In this document: positions 10,396 to 20,451 of the stretch, one piece after another
How positions within the stretch are numbered: the stretch's first letter is position 1
How the letters are laid out: every line of letters begins with the position of its first letter
NCBI GenBank assembly: GCA_035627515.1
Contig: DASPLQ010000012.1
Location: forward strand, 7,269-71,268
DNA length: 64,000 nucleotides
DNA from: Vitreimonas sp.
GTDB taxonomy: Bacteria > Patescibacteriota > Microgenomatia > UBA1400 > PJMF01
Direction of reading: 5' to 3'
Program-made: the position numbers and the translations under genes
The notes under the pieces: generated by a model
What the model was told of the DNA's origin: nothing
Database searches by the model: none
The model's input: only the letters and a program-made list of their open reading frames with translations

Positions 10396-12462
10396 GTGTC
10401 AAAAATTTTGGCTAACCTGAACGAGCAACAATTGGCCGCGGTCCAACATCATACTGGACCGGCGATGGTGATGGCCGGTGCTGGCTCGGGTAAAACGCGC
10501 GTTCTGACTAGCCGGGTGGCGTGGTTAATTGACCAGCATCAAGTTCGGCCTGAAGAAATCATGTTGGTGACTTTTACCAATAAAGCCGCTCAAGAAATGA
10601 ATAAACGGGTCGTAGAGTTGACGGGCGTGTCGTTACCATTGTCAGGCACTTTTCATCGTATTGCTGCTAAAGTTTTGCGACGTGATGGCTATCACCTGGG
10701 ACTATCACCTAACTACACCATTTATGATTCTGATGATCAGCTCAGTTTAGTCAAACAAATTTATAAAGAACATCATTTTGATGCTAAACAATATAATCCC
10801 AAAGCTGTCAAAGCCCATATCTCTAAGGCTAAAAATGAGCTCGTTTCATGGCAAACCTATGAAAAATTAGCTGCCGACCAATTTCAGGAATTTTCTGCTC
10901 GCGTTTACAAACTCTACCAATTAGCATTACGTGATCAACAAGCCGTCGATTTTGATGATTTATTATTATTACTAGTAGAATTACTTCACCAGCACAAGCC
11001 TGTTTTAAATAAGTATCAGTCACAAATTACCCATGTACTAGTAGATGAATATCAAGATACCAATAAAGCTCAGTACGAATTAACTAAACTGTTTACCAAA
11101 CCACAAAATAATGTCTACGTAGTGGGCGATTTTGCCCAAAGCATCTATGCCTGGCGAGGTGCGGATTATCGGAACATGATGCAACTTAAAACTGATTTTG
11201 ATGACATTGCTGAGTTCCGCCTGGAGCAAAATTATCGTTCCACACAATCAATTTTAGATGCTGCTACCAATGTCATTTCACAAAACACCGCTCATCCCAT
11301 TCTCAATTTATGGACAGAAAACACTGATACTCATCAACTTCAATTAATTGAAGCAGCTTCTGGTGAAGAGGAAGCTGCTCAGGTTTTAAATTTAATTGTC
11401 AAAGAGAGTCGTGACTATGACTATAACGACATTGCCATCTTATATCGCACCAATGCTCAATCCCGTTCGTTTGAAGAAGCTTTTGTCCGTGCCGGTATTC
11501 CGTATCGATTGGTAGGCGGCTTCAAATTTTATGAGCGCAAAGAAATTAAAGATGTACTGGCATATTTACGATTGTTCTTGAACCCCAGTGATTCTGTGAG
11601 CCGGGAGCGTGCCACCAAGCTGGGCAAACGCAAACTCGCTGAGTTTGAAGCCTGGCGAGTGAAGCGCTCAGCGGAAAACAATGTTCAGGTAGGCGACACC
11701 ACCAATAATTATTTCCAACCACCGTATCCTGTGCTGAAGGAAATTTTAGACGTCACCGGCTACATAGAGACCTATGATAAAAATGATCCCGAAGACGTCG
11801 CCCGAGTGGAAAACGTCCAAGAGTTGCTGAATGTGGCAGCTCAGTTTGAAGACACAGCTGTCTTTTTAGAAAACGTGGCGCTGGTTCAAGATGATTACTT
11901 AGCTGATGCTGATACAGATCAAGATCAGAATGCCGTCACGATGATGAGTCTCCACTCAGCCAAAGGTTTGGAATTCCCAGTCGTATTTATGGTGGGCATG
12001 GAAGAAGGTTTGTTACCACACTCCCGAGCCCTCTTTGATAAAGAACAAATGGAAGAAGAGCGCCGTCTCTGTTACGTGGGCATCACCCGCGCTAAAGAAA
12101 AACTGTATTTTACATATGCTCGCCAACGCTGGACCTACGGCAACATCACTTACTCACTGCGCAGTCGGTTTTTGGCCGATATTCCTCCCCAACTACTCCA
12201 TGAGCACGTTTTGAGCGGCAGTGATAACTACCGACGCCGGGCCTATGATGAAAGCGATGAGTATGGGTATGGGCAACGCTCTAGTTCGTACGACTGGAAG
12301 CGTCAGAACCGACCTAAATCCCATTCCGATCATGCCTACCAAGCTAAAAAGGCTGCTGGCCCCACTGCTACTGATATCAAACGCCGCTTAGTGCTCGATG
12401 ATGATGCCATGGAAGGCGTACTCAATGGTGAGATTGATATTAAGAAATTCCTCGAAGAGTAA
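10396..12462 (+). CDS. pcrA: ATP-dependent DNA helicase PcrA/UvrD
   Basis: Walker A AGAGSGKTRVLTSRVAWLI, motifs II (VLVDEYQDTN) to VI, and 688 aa. Confidence 0.85.
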   Translation: MSKILANLNEQQLAAVQHHTGPAMVMAGAGSGKTRVLTSRVAWLIDQHQVRPEEIMLVTFTNKAAQEMNKRVVELTGVSLPLSGTFHRIAAKVLRRDGYHLGLSPNYTIYDSDDQLSLVKQIYKEHHFDAKQYNPKAVKAHISKAKNELVSWQTYEKLAADQFQEFSARVYKLYQLALRDQQAVDFDDLLLLLVELLHQHKPVLNKYQSQITHVLVDEYQDTNKAQYELTKLFTKPQNNVYVVGDFAQSIYAWRGADYRNMMQLKTDFDDIAEFRLEQNYRSTQSILDAATNVISQNTAHPILNLWTENTDTHQLQLIEAASGEEEAAQVLNLIVKESRDYDYNDIAILYRTNAQSRSFEEAFVRAGIPYRLVGGFKFYERKEIKDVLAYLRLFLNPSDSVSRERATKLGKRKLAEFEAWRVKRSAENNVQVGDTTNNYFQPPYPVLKEILDVTGYIETYDKNDPEDVARVENVQELLNVAAQFEDTAVFLENVALVQDDYLADADTDQDQNAVTMMSLHSAKGLEFPVVFMVGMEEGLLPHSRALFDKEQMEEERRLCYVGITRAKEKLYFTYARQRWTYGNITYSLRSRFLADIPPQLLHEHVLSGSDNYRRRAYDESDEYGYGQRSSSYDWKRQNRPKSHSDHAYQAKKAAGPTATDIKRRLVLDDDAMEGVLNGEIDIKKFLEE

Positions 12463-12536
12463 TCTGTTTAGATTAAGACTTTTTTAGAGTTAAAAACCCT
12501 ACTTGGTTATCTACTGAGATTTATTCATAATGACAC

Positions 12537-13667
12537 ATGGCTCTAAGTTGTGATTTGCTCAATGGTGAAGTAAGTTCAATAATCTCACTTAAAAATGATC
12601 TTCAGGATAAACTCGCTTTATTCCGTGAACAACCCAACACGGTTGGCTTACAAGCAGAGTGTGAAGAGGTATTAACTCAATTAAGTGAGGCTTCTGAAAA
12701 TTTTAAAGCTGAATATCGGTTTCATATCACTGAACTGTTTTCCAAATTATTCTACAAGGATCCTGAAGCGACTTTTGAAGATGTGGAGCCAGAGTTTCAA
12801 GAAAATATGGAGTCGTTTTTTATCAATAATAACTTTCAGGTGGTCTATGAGGGTAATTTCACTACTGTCAGTAGTGATTACTTTCCCAGATTCATCGTGG
12901 CCCAAGAAGGAGACATGAGCTACGTTAACCCCCAGTGTGAATATCCTAACCTCCAATCACTGGGTCGTTTGACAATCCATACCTACGACAAAGGTCCTCA
13001 TTTGCCAAAATTAAAATTTGCTAGAAGTATTGCAAATGATAGTGGGATGGTGGTTTGCGAATCAATTACCTTGCCAGAGATTGAAATACTCGGACATGCG
13101 GAGATCAATGCCAAAAGTTTCGTGGCACCTCAGCTTCGAATACTGGGAATTGACTTAAATCATCGAAATGGGCCAATGATCGATTCTGCTACTATTATTG
13201 TCCATAGCAATTTAGATCTCCCAGCCGTCATCGACGTCGGGGTCTTACGGCTTTTTGCTGAAGGTCATACAATTAGTTTACCTAAGTTACCCAAGTTGCC
13301 ACTAGGAGAATCTTACTTTAAATGTCGAGAGTTATACCTTGATTCACTAAAAATGGGAACCGGCGCCATTATTATTGCTCGTGAGAGCACTAAAATTTAT
13401 ATTCCTGAGTTAGAAGTTATCAACTTTTTAGTCTGTCCCAAAGCTACCAGCATTACTGCTTCTAACTTAAGAAGTGTAGGGGTGCTATTAGATATTCGAG
13501 CTTTAGAAACCGAAGCCCAATTCAAAGAGAGCTTTCCTAAGTTAGAGGCTCTGGATAAGGAAGTGGTGACTGATTCTGAAGAAATCAAAAACTATTTAGT
13601 GACCTGTCGGCAAAAACAGACTATCCGTGGCTCATTTAAGATTGAGTATCAGGACGTAGTGTATTAA
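12537..13667 (+). CDS. Cys5/LRR-like tandem paralog P1 (MALSCDLL...; 376 aa)
   Basis: Shares with P2-P10 the N-terminal MxxSCxLL, DYFPRFI, repeated xAPxL units (FVAPQLRILG), FKESFPKL and C-terminal GSFKIEY. CATAAT lies 5 nt upstream of the ATG. Confidence 0.7.
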   Translation: MALSCDLLNGEVSSIISLKNDLQDKLALFREQPNTVGLQAECEEVLTQLSEASENFKAEYRFHITELFSKLFYKDPEATFEDVEPEFQENMESFFINNNFQVVYEGNFTTVSSDYFPRFIVAQEGDMSYVNPQCEYPNLQSLGRLTIHTYDKGPHLPKLKFARSIANDSGMVVCESITLPEIEILGHAEINAKSFVAPQLRILGIDLNHRNGPMIDSATIIVHSNLDLPAVIDVGVLRLFAEGHTISLPKLPKLPLGESYFKCRELYLDSLKMGTGAIIIARESTKIYIPELEVINFLVCPKATSITASNLRSVGVLLDIRALETEAQFKESFPKLEALDKEVVTDSEEIKNYLVTCRQKQTIRGSFKIEYQDVVY

Positions 13668-13816
13668 CTACTATGCTTAACTCTTGTTCATTACTACGAT
13701 CAAATCATTAAATCTGGCCAACTTAAGTTTAGAGAGATTAGAGTAATAAAGCCGTCCCAAACCCCATAATTTAAACCCCAGCTTGGTAATCTTCAAAAAA
13801 ATGTTCATAATGATCT

Positions 13817-14926
13817 ATGGCTCAAAGTTGTGATTTATTAACTGCAGAAGCTGCTTCAGTATTTGATATTAAAAATACACTAGAACAAGAGCTTGACCAA
13901 TTACGTGCTGGACCTACGAGCCGTGGACTCGAAACTTGCCAGCAATTGCTGATAGACACAAAAACCGCCCAGGATCATTTTAAGAGCAGTTATGGATCAC
14001 AGATTCGCAATCTCCTCGCTAAATTATTACTTAATAATCCCAACGCATCATATCAAATGGTTGAACGTCAAAATCGTTATTTAGTGGATAACTTTAGTAT
14101 TGATGATGATCTGAAAGTAACGTACAACGGCAATTTTAACGAGGTCAGTGATACCTACTTTCCAAGCATCATCGATACCATCAACGGTCAGATTTATTAT
14201 GTTAACCCTCAAATAAAATATACAGATCTTAAAAAGATGGGTTACTTCGAAATTCGCGTGTATGATGTGGCGCCAGAATTAACCCACTTAACTTGGGCCT
14301 CTGAAATTGCCCAAGATGATCAGTCTCAGATGTGTGCGGCAATTGATTTACCAGCCCTAGAGTACCTCTATCACCTTACGCTTTATACTGAGGCGTTCAC
14401 GGCTCCCAACTTAGCTTACCTGGGACCAGAAACAGGACCCAACTCACCGCAAATATGTAAGTTGACGGTTAGAAATGATTTAATGTTACCCTCACTTACT
14501 ACGTTGCGATGGCCACAATTTGTAGCTCAAAATAAAACTATTAGCTTACCTAAGGTTTTATACTTAAATGGTACGGCCGTTTTTACCTGCCGCGCACTGT
14601 CACTCGACTCGCTCACTTCCACTGGCGCTGGCGGCATATATGCCCATGAAGCTCACAAGGTAAATGTGCCTCTGCTGAATCGAGCTACAAACTTTTCCTG
14701 CCTCCAAGCAACCGAAATAAATGCACCCCAATTAGCAACAATTGAATATTCTTTACATATTAAGGCGCTATCGACTGTAGATGATTTTAAAAAAGCCTTT
14801 CCAAAATTGAGGTATATTGGCATGAGTGTTTGGACTAGTTCACCTGAAATTGCCGGCTATTTGAAAGACCAACAAAAGAGTGGCGGCATCCAAGGCAACT
14901 TTAGTATTGAGTTCCGAGAATCATAA
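13817..14926 (+). CDS. Cys5/LRR-like tandem paralog P2 (MAQSCDLL...; 369 aa)
   Basis: Same architecture: TYFPSII, FTAPNL, INAPQL, FKKAFPKL, GNFSIEF. The 5' leader and the first ~25 nt are near-identical to P1. Confidence 0.7.
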   Translation: MAQSCDLLTAEAASVFDIKNTLEQELDQLRAGPTSRGLETCQQLLIDTKTAQDHFKSSYGSQIRNLLAKLLLNNPNASYQMVERQNRYLVDNFSIDDDLKVTYNGNFNEVSDTYFPSIIDTINGQIYYVNPQIKYTDLKKMGYFEIRVYDVAPELTHLTWASEIAQDDQSQMCAAIDLPALEYLYHLTLYTEAFTAPNLAYLGPETGPNSPQICKLTVRNDLMLPSLTTLRWPQFVAQNKTISLPKVLYLNGTAVFTCRALSLDSLTSTGAGGIYAHEAHKVNVPLLNRATNFSCLQATEINAPQLATIEYSLHIKALSTVDDFKKAFPKLRYIGMSVWTSSPEIAGYLKDQQKSGGIQGNFSIEFRES

Positions 14927-14934
14927 TTAAATCC

Positions 14935-16005
14935 ATGACAGCAGCTTGCCCAATTTTAACCACTGAATCTCAAAACATTCTTTCGTACGTTGATGAATGT
15001 CAGCGCCTCTTAGATGATTTTCGCGCTTACCCGACTCAGGAAAAAATAACTCAAATTGAACAATCTCTAACAGGGTTTCACGAAGTGAAACATCGGTATG
15101 TGGAGTTTTATCAAAGTCAGGTACGCAATTTGATTAGAGATTTTTATATGGCGCTGGATGAGCCTTATGAAATTGATAATGCCCAACACATTGCTGATAA
15201 CTGGGTCACTTTTGAAAATGATTATGAAGTGGTATTAGCAGGTAATACTGATTTTAGTAAACTACCAATTAGTTATTTTCCCAGTATCGTTAAACATATT
15301 ACCGGACAACTATATCCCACAGATCGATTGAATGCCTTTCCTGAGGTTGCCTCAATCAGTATTATCGATCTCAAATACTGCACAACTACTCCAACTTTCA
15401 CTAAACTCAAAAAAACAGATAGTATTTATTGTGCACCACCTTCCTCTCAACCATTAATTGATCTTGAGTTCCCTGTTTTAGAAGATGGGGGGGATATTGA
15501 GGTCTTCGCCAATAGTTTCAAAGCTCCACACTTAACAAGTGGTGGAGTACTAGATATTCTTACTACTGAGGACATTGCTTTACCACAGCTTACTAAATTT
15601 GAAAAAAAGGTAAATTTGGTTAGTAAAGGGAACATTCAACTAGACTCACTTCAAGAAATTAAAAATAAAGCAACAATTGATTGCGTTCATTTCTCAGCTC
15701 CCAATTTAGTAACATTAGATCTGCCAGAAGTTTCCATTACTGCTGAGAGAAGTATTGACATTCCTAAACTAAAAAATGGCATTGCATTGAAGGTAAGTGC
15801 TCCTCACATTTCAGCTCCCCACCTTGAAAATCTAAATATGCTCAATGTTGGCTACCTCACTGATCCTGAGGAATTTTTCAATGCTTTTCCTCGGTTACAC
15901 ACTTGCACTCAAATCTTTGTAAGATCATTAGCTATTAAACAAGCAATCGAGGCTAGCAATAAAATCCGATATTCACAAATTTTTGTACTGACTAACCAAT
16001 TATAA
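14935..16005 (+). CDS. Cys5/LRR-like tandem paralog P3 (MTAACPIL...; 356 aa)
   Basis: SYFPSIV, FKAPHL, FSAPNL, ISAPHL, FFNAFPRL. The gap from P2 is 8 nt. Confidence 0.7.
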   Translation: MTAACPILTTESQNILSYVDECQRLLDDFRAYPTQEKITQIEQSLTGFHEVKHRYVEFYQSQVRNLIRDFYMALDEPYEIDNAQHIADNWVTFENDYEVVLAGNTDFSKLPISYFPSIVKHITGQLYPTDRLNAFPEVASISIIDLKYCTTTPTFTKLKKTDSIYCAPPSSQPLIDLEFPVLEDGGDIEVFANSFKAPHLTSGGVLDILTTEDIALPQLTKFEKKVNLVSKGNIQLDSLQEIKNKATIDCVHFSAPNLVTLDLPEVSITAERSIDIPKLKNGIALKVSAPHISAPHLENLNMLNVGYLTDPEEFFNAFPRLHTCTQIFVRSLAIKQAIEASNKIRYSQIFVLTNQL

Positions 16006-16010
16006 TATCT

Positions 16011-17117
16011 ATGCTCAACAGCTGCCACATCCTCACCACTGAACATAATAGTGCCTTGCAGCTGTGTGCGGATGCGCGCGCAAAATTAGAAACCTTTGGC
16101 AAAGATCCTACCGAAGCTAATAAACAGGCTGTAAATGAGGCGATCGAAAAACTACCACCTTTACATGACGAGCTGATAGCTACATTACGACCAAAAGTTA
16201 TTGACCTTTTTACTAAATTATTGACTAAAAACCCTGATGCCACCTTTGCCAATTTAAATCAAGATGACCAACGCAATGTCAGCCAATTTACAGTCAGTGC
16301 TGATGGCTTTGTAATCTATCACCGCAACGCTTTACCGTTATGTAAAAATTATTTTCCCACGGTGATTAAAGAAGTGCAGGGGATGGTGAGGCATATTGAT
16401 ACTACCACTACCTATCCTAATTTAGAAAAAGTCGTCAGTTTTGTGATCGACACAGAAGGTGACTTCAATACACAAATTGTCTTACCAAAAGCCACTCATA
16501 TTGACGCTATATCGCAGTTTACTGGTGGCATGATAAAGAGTAACGTTTCCTTTCCTCTGCTACGGTCGGGGGACAGGATAGAGCTTAAAGTAGCCAGTTT
16601 TGAGGCCCCTTTATATGATAGTGAGGGAGACATCACGTTAGAAACAAAGAGCGATATTGTTTTTCCCAACCTAAAAAAACCTCGTAAATGTACTCTTTCT
16701 ACACCTGGTAACAAGATTGACCTACCAGCTCTGACTGAGATCAGAGATGGAGGCACCTTTACCTGTCAAGAATTTATTGCCAATAACTTAACCGATAGCG
16801 GCACCACTGGCTTGACTATCTCTGGCGCACAACGCGTTGAGATAGAGAGTATGGTTAACATCACTAAGCTTGAGTGTTATCGAGCGACTGACATTAAAGC
16901 CTCAAAATTAAAAACAGTGGAGTCAGTGTTATCAATTCGTGGCATCACTACCGTAGAAGCTTTTACCAAGGCCTTTCCTCAGTTGATTGCAGTGGGGAGG
17001 AGAATCATTGTCGGCTCAGAGGAAGTTCGTGATTACATCGAGAAAATAAAGTCTGAAAATAAAATTTCTGGTCAATTTACAGTGTCGACTATTCCACTCC
17101 AGCCCATAACTGACTAG
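16011..17117 (+). CDS. Cys5/LRR-like tandem paralog P4 (MLNSCHIL...; 368 aa)
   Basis: NYFPTVI, FEAPLY, FTKAFPQL, ISGQFTVS. TATAAT lies 4 nt upstream of the ATG. Confidence 0.7.
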   Translation: MLNSCHILTTEHNSALQLCADARAKLETFGKDPTEANKQAVNEAIEKLPPLHDELIATLRPKVIDLFTKLLTKNPDATFANLNQDDQRNVSQFTVSADGFVIYHRNALPLCKNYFPTVIKEVQGMVRHIDTTTTYPNLEKVVSFVIDTEGDFNTQIVLPKATHIDAISQFTGGMIKSNVSFPLLRSGDRIELKVASFEAPLYDSEGDITLETKSDIVFPNLKKPRKCTLSTPGNKIDLPALTEIRDGGTFTCQEFIANNLTDSGTTGLTISGAQRVEIESMVNITKLECYRATDIKASKLKTVESVLSIRGITTVEAFTKAFPQLIAVGRRIIVGSEEVRDYIEKIKSENKISGQFTVSTIPLQPITD

Positions 17118-17128
17118 AATGGAGTTAC

Positions 17129-18208
17129 ATGTCTCAGTACTGTGCACTCCTTACTAATGAATTTTCCAAGATGCATCATCTGATGAATACTTGTGCGAGT
17201 TTGCTGCCTGGTACTAACCAAGTCATTACTGATCAACACATCACTGCTTTTGAAAATGCCGCGGCAGAGTTCGAAGCGGCAAAAAAAGAGTTGCCCGCCA
17301 TTTATCTAACTCACATCCGTGCCCTACTTACCAAATTTATTCAAACTTTTCCAGATGGCTCACGCTTTAGAAATAATACAAATTTCATCAATAATTTCAT
17401 TGACAGCTGTCACATCGATGATGATTTGAAGGTGAAACTGAATATGATGATTCATATGCCAGAAGATCAATGGCAGTACTTGCCCACCTTTATTACTCAC
17501 ACGTTAAAACCATTAATCTTAAGTAGAAGCATCACTAAAATAACTCATCTCGAAGAAGCCGAGCAAATTGACATTTCTGCATCTACTAGGAATCTTTATT
17601 TTCATAAATTAAGACATATTACGGATGCTTTTTATGAGCTGAATACTTCACGCCCCATGCGCACTATCCATGCGCCAGCTCTAGAAACTGCTAACCAAAT
17701 TACTTTAGAAAATAGCAACCTCAAAGCCGACAAACTTCACACTGCCAATAGAATCTATATTTACACTAAACCAGATATAATTTTTCTACCGGTTTTACAA
17801 AAAATCGCTCAATATTCAGAGCTGCATGCTAAGGAAATCTCATTGCCCTCTTTAACAGAAATTGGTGAACAGCTTACTTTAAATGCTCAAAAGTGCAGTT
17901 TAGATAGTATCCAGCATGTTACTGCTCGTATCAATTTTTACGATACAGAAACAGTGTTGCTACCAAAATTAATCACCGCTACAGATATGAACTTTGATTA
18001 CAACACCACCACTATCAGTGCCCCAGAGTTAACAACTGTTAATGACATGGATATTGTGTGTGTGAAAAATATCGATGATTTTCATAAATTTTTTCCTAAG
18101 CTGCGCCAAGCTAAAAAGTTAATAGTAAGAAGTCATAGCCTTAAAAATGAGCTTGAAAAGTTGGGCTTACAAATAGATGAAATAGCTGTCGCACATCAAA
18201 TCGACTAA
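17129..18208 (+). CDS. Cys5/LRR-like tandem paralog P5 (MSQYCALL...; 359 aa)
   Basis: QYLPTFI, ISAPEL, FHKFFPKL. The most diverged member of the + array. Confidence 0.65.
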   Translation: MSQYCALLTNEFSKMHHLMNTCASLLPGTNQVITDQHITAFENAAAEFEAAKKELPAIYLTHIRALLTKFIQTFPDGSRFRNNTNFINNFIDSCHIDDDLKVKLNMMIHMPEDQWQYLPTFITHTLKPLILSRSITKITHLEEAEQIDISASTRNLYFHKLRHITDAFYELNTSRPMRTIHAPALETANQITLENSNLKADKLHTANRIYIYTKPDIIFLPVLQKIAQYSELHAKEISLPSLTEIGEQLTLNAQKCSLDSIQHVTARINFYDTETVLLPKLITATDMNFDYNTTTISAPELTTVNDMDIVCVKNIDDFHKFFPKLRQAKKLIVRSHSLKNELEKLGLQIDEIAVAHQID

Positions 18209-18217
18209 AAGTTACTT

Positions 18218-19264
18218 ATGACTAACAGTTGTTCAGTACTCAAATCACAAGGCTCACAATTTAGCCCCACCTTAGAAACGCTGGAAGAAATATTGAGCTC
18301 CTTTGACCACCAGCCAACGACAGAAAAAATGACTGCCTTTAATGAGGTAGCGAGTAAACATCAAATCTCCCAAGAACAATTTAAAGAAAACTACAAAAAC
18401 GCTGTGGCTGATTTGTTAACAGCATACCTGGGTCCTAAAATTTCTCAGAATGATTTTCTGCGTTCCATCTTGTTCAATCAGATTAAAATTAATGATGAGT
18501 GGGGAGTGGTGCTAGAACGGCCACTAGATTTAGCAACATTAAATCTTGAATACTTTCCCACCATTATCAAAGAAATCGCCCACCTAGAAACTAATTGGAG
18601 CTGTACTGACCTTTCATCTCTAGAAATAATTGATGAGCTTTACGTTCGCGCTTCAAAACAGCCACTCAACCTGTCCCATCTTAAAAGGATTGAAAGAAAG
18701 TTACACACCCCAGACCTAGCTTCAATTTCACTTGACTTGCCCCAACTCATTCATGCCATTGAGATCGAGGTCCAGACCAATTCGTTCTCAGCCCCACTCT
18801 TACCCCAAGCTAATCGCATATCTGTTACTGCTTTCGAAGGTGCGATCGATTTAACTGCACTTAAAAATTGTAATTTTTGCAACCTCACAGCCTTCGGAGG
18901 CTATATTTCATTACCTAATTTTGAAAAAGGGATCCTTCTTTCTGTTAACTGTGAACACTTTTATGCTCCTCTGTTACAAGAAATCATCACGCTGACATGT
19001 GATTGTGATTATATTGATTTACCTGAGGTTCATAAACTCACCTCACTTTATCTCCTTAAGGATTGTGAGGGTGAAGTCCCCAAGCTGGAAACGATAGGTG
19101 AGCTGAACATCAAACCAATGAGAGACCCTCACAAATTCCGTCAACTCTTTCCCAACTTACGGACCGCCACCACGGTGGTAGTGGGTTCGCAAGGTATGAA
19201 AATATATCTCGAACAATTACCGGACTTTTCAGCTACCACCATTATTATAATGAATAATAGCTAA
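18218..19264 (+). CDS. Cys5/LRR-like tandem paralog P6 (MTNSCSVL...; 348 aa)
   Basis: EYFPTII, FSAPLL, FYAPLL, FRQLFPNL. Confidence 0.65.
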   Translation: MTNSCSVLKSQGSQFSPTLETLEEILSSFDHQPTTEKMTAFNEVASKHQISQEQFKENYKNAVADLLTAYLGPKISQNDFLRSILFNQIKINDEWGVVLERPLDLATLNLEYFPTIIKEIAHLETNWSCTDLSSLEIIDELYVRASKQPLNLSHLKRIERKLHTPDLASISLDLPQLIHAIEIEVQTNSFSAPLLPQANRISVTAFEGAIDLTALKNCNFCNLTAFGGYISLPNFEKGILLSVNCEHFYAPLLQEIITLTCDCDYIDLPEVHKLTSLYLLKDCEGEVPKLETIGELNIKPMRDPHKFRQLFPNLRTATTVVVGSQGMKIYLEQLPDFSATTIIIMNNS

Positions 19265-19268
19265 GCCC

Positions 19269-20381
19269 ATGACTCAAAGTTGCAATCTCCTTACCGAAAA
19301 AAGCACTTCTATCTTCGCTGCTTACCGCGAGGTCACTCAATTGATGGCAGATTTCGTGGAGCACCCCTCACAGGTGAAACAAGACCGGATTGAATCGTTA
19401 CTTTTGCAGTTACCACAGATGAAAGATGCTTTTCGCGCTGACTACATCGAAGAAATCAAAAATTTATTTACGCGGATGTATTTCCCTACAGCCTATCAAA
19501 GTTTTGCCGAAATGAGCAATCATCGTCAACACATCCCCGAACCAATTACAGCTTTTACCGTCGATGATGACTTTTTGGTTAATTATGAAGGCGATCCTGA
19601 GCGTTTAATGGAAAAATATGTACCTACCTTTATTAAAAAGGTCTTAGGAAAAATAATTCATCGCCATACCCAAGGCACTTATCCACATTTAAGGTATGTT
19701 ACAGATTTTGAGAACCGCGTATATGATCAACCGCTGGTATTTCCTGAGCTAACCGGGATCAATTCCTTTCGCCCCGAGCAAACCACCTCTAGGGCCGGGG
19801 CCTTGCACTTTCCTAAACTCAAAACGTTTGACCAAATCACCGCCCATGTGGAAGACTTTCAAGCCCCCGAGCTAGAATATGGTAATAATCTACAAGTATA
19901 TTCATCGAATGATATTATCTTGCCCACGGTATGGAAATGTGGGCTGCTACACTTAGCTTGTAAAGACAAAATGGTAGATCTGCCATCATTGACCCACCTT
20001 CATAAGAAAGGTCAGTTTATATGTGCTGAACTCTATGCCAATCAGTTGAGTACGGTAGAAGATGAAGGTCTTTATACTACCGCCCATAAAGTGCATCTCA
20101 ACTCTCTGGAATCGACACCACATCTAACTTGTGCCAGTGCCTCTGAGATTATTGCTCCCAAATTAAAGTTTGTTTATAAAAGTTTGGATATTATGTCTCT
20201 CCACAGCCTGGCTGAGTTCAAAGCTGGTTTTCAATCTTTGGTTTTTGTGGGAGACAACATAAGTACTAGTTCAGAAGAAATACGTGATTTTTTAGAGGAA
20301 CAAAAGCAACAAAAAAAATTAACTGGGGCACTTGATGGCCCTCGCATTGATTTTTACTCTCGACCGAAACGATCACCCTAA
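19269..20381 (+). CDS. Cys5/LRR-like tandem paralog P7 (MTQSCNLL...; 370 aa)
   Basis: KYVPTFI, FQAPEL, IIAPKL, FKAGFQSL, SSEEIRDFLEEQ. Confidence 0.7.
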   Translation: MTQSCNLLTEKSTSIFAAYREVTQLMADFVEHPSQVKQDRIESLLLQLPQMKDAFRADYIEEIKNLFTRMYFPTAYQSFAEMSNHRQHIPEPITAFTVDDDFLVNYEGDPERLMEKYVPTFIKKVLGKIIHRHTQGTYPHLRYVTDFENRVYDQPLVFPELTGINSFRPEQTTSRAGALHFPKLKTFDQITAHVEDFQAPELEYGNNLQVYSSNDIILPTVWKCGLLHLACKDKMVDLPSLTHLHKKGQFICAELYANQLSTVEDEGLYTTAHKVHLNSLESTPHLTCASASEIIAPKLKFVYKSLDIMSLHSLAEFKAGFQSLVFVGDNISTSSEEIRDFLEEQKQQKKLTGALDGPRIDFYSRPKRSP

Positions 20382-20451
20382 ACTTCACTTGGGCACACCT
20401 CCACATCTTCAGTTGTGAAAACCATCTTAATAGCAGATAATAGACAGTTGT

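Noticed and set aside
12537-20381. Paralog family as classical lipoproteins (Cys near the N-terminus)
   Set aside because: The Cys is at position 4-5 with no preceding hydrophobic signal peptide or L-(A/S)-(G/A)-C lipobox. The upstream residues are M-A-Q-S-type, so Lgt/Lsp processing is not expected.
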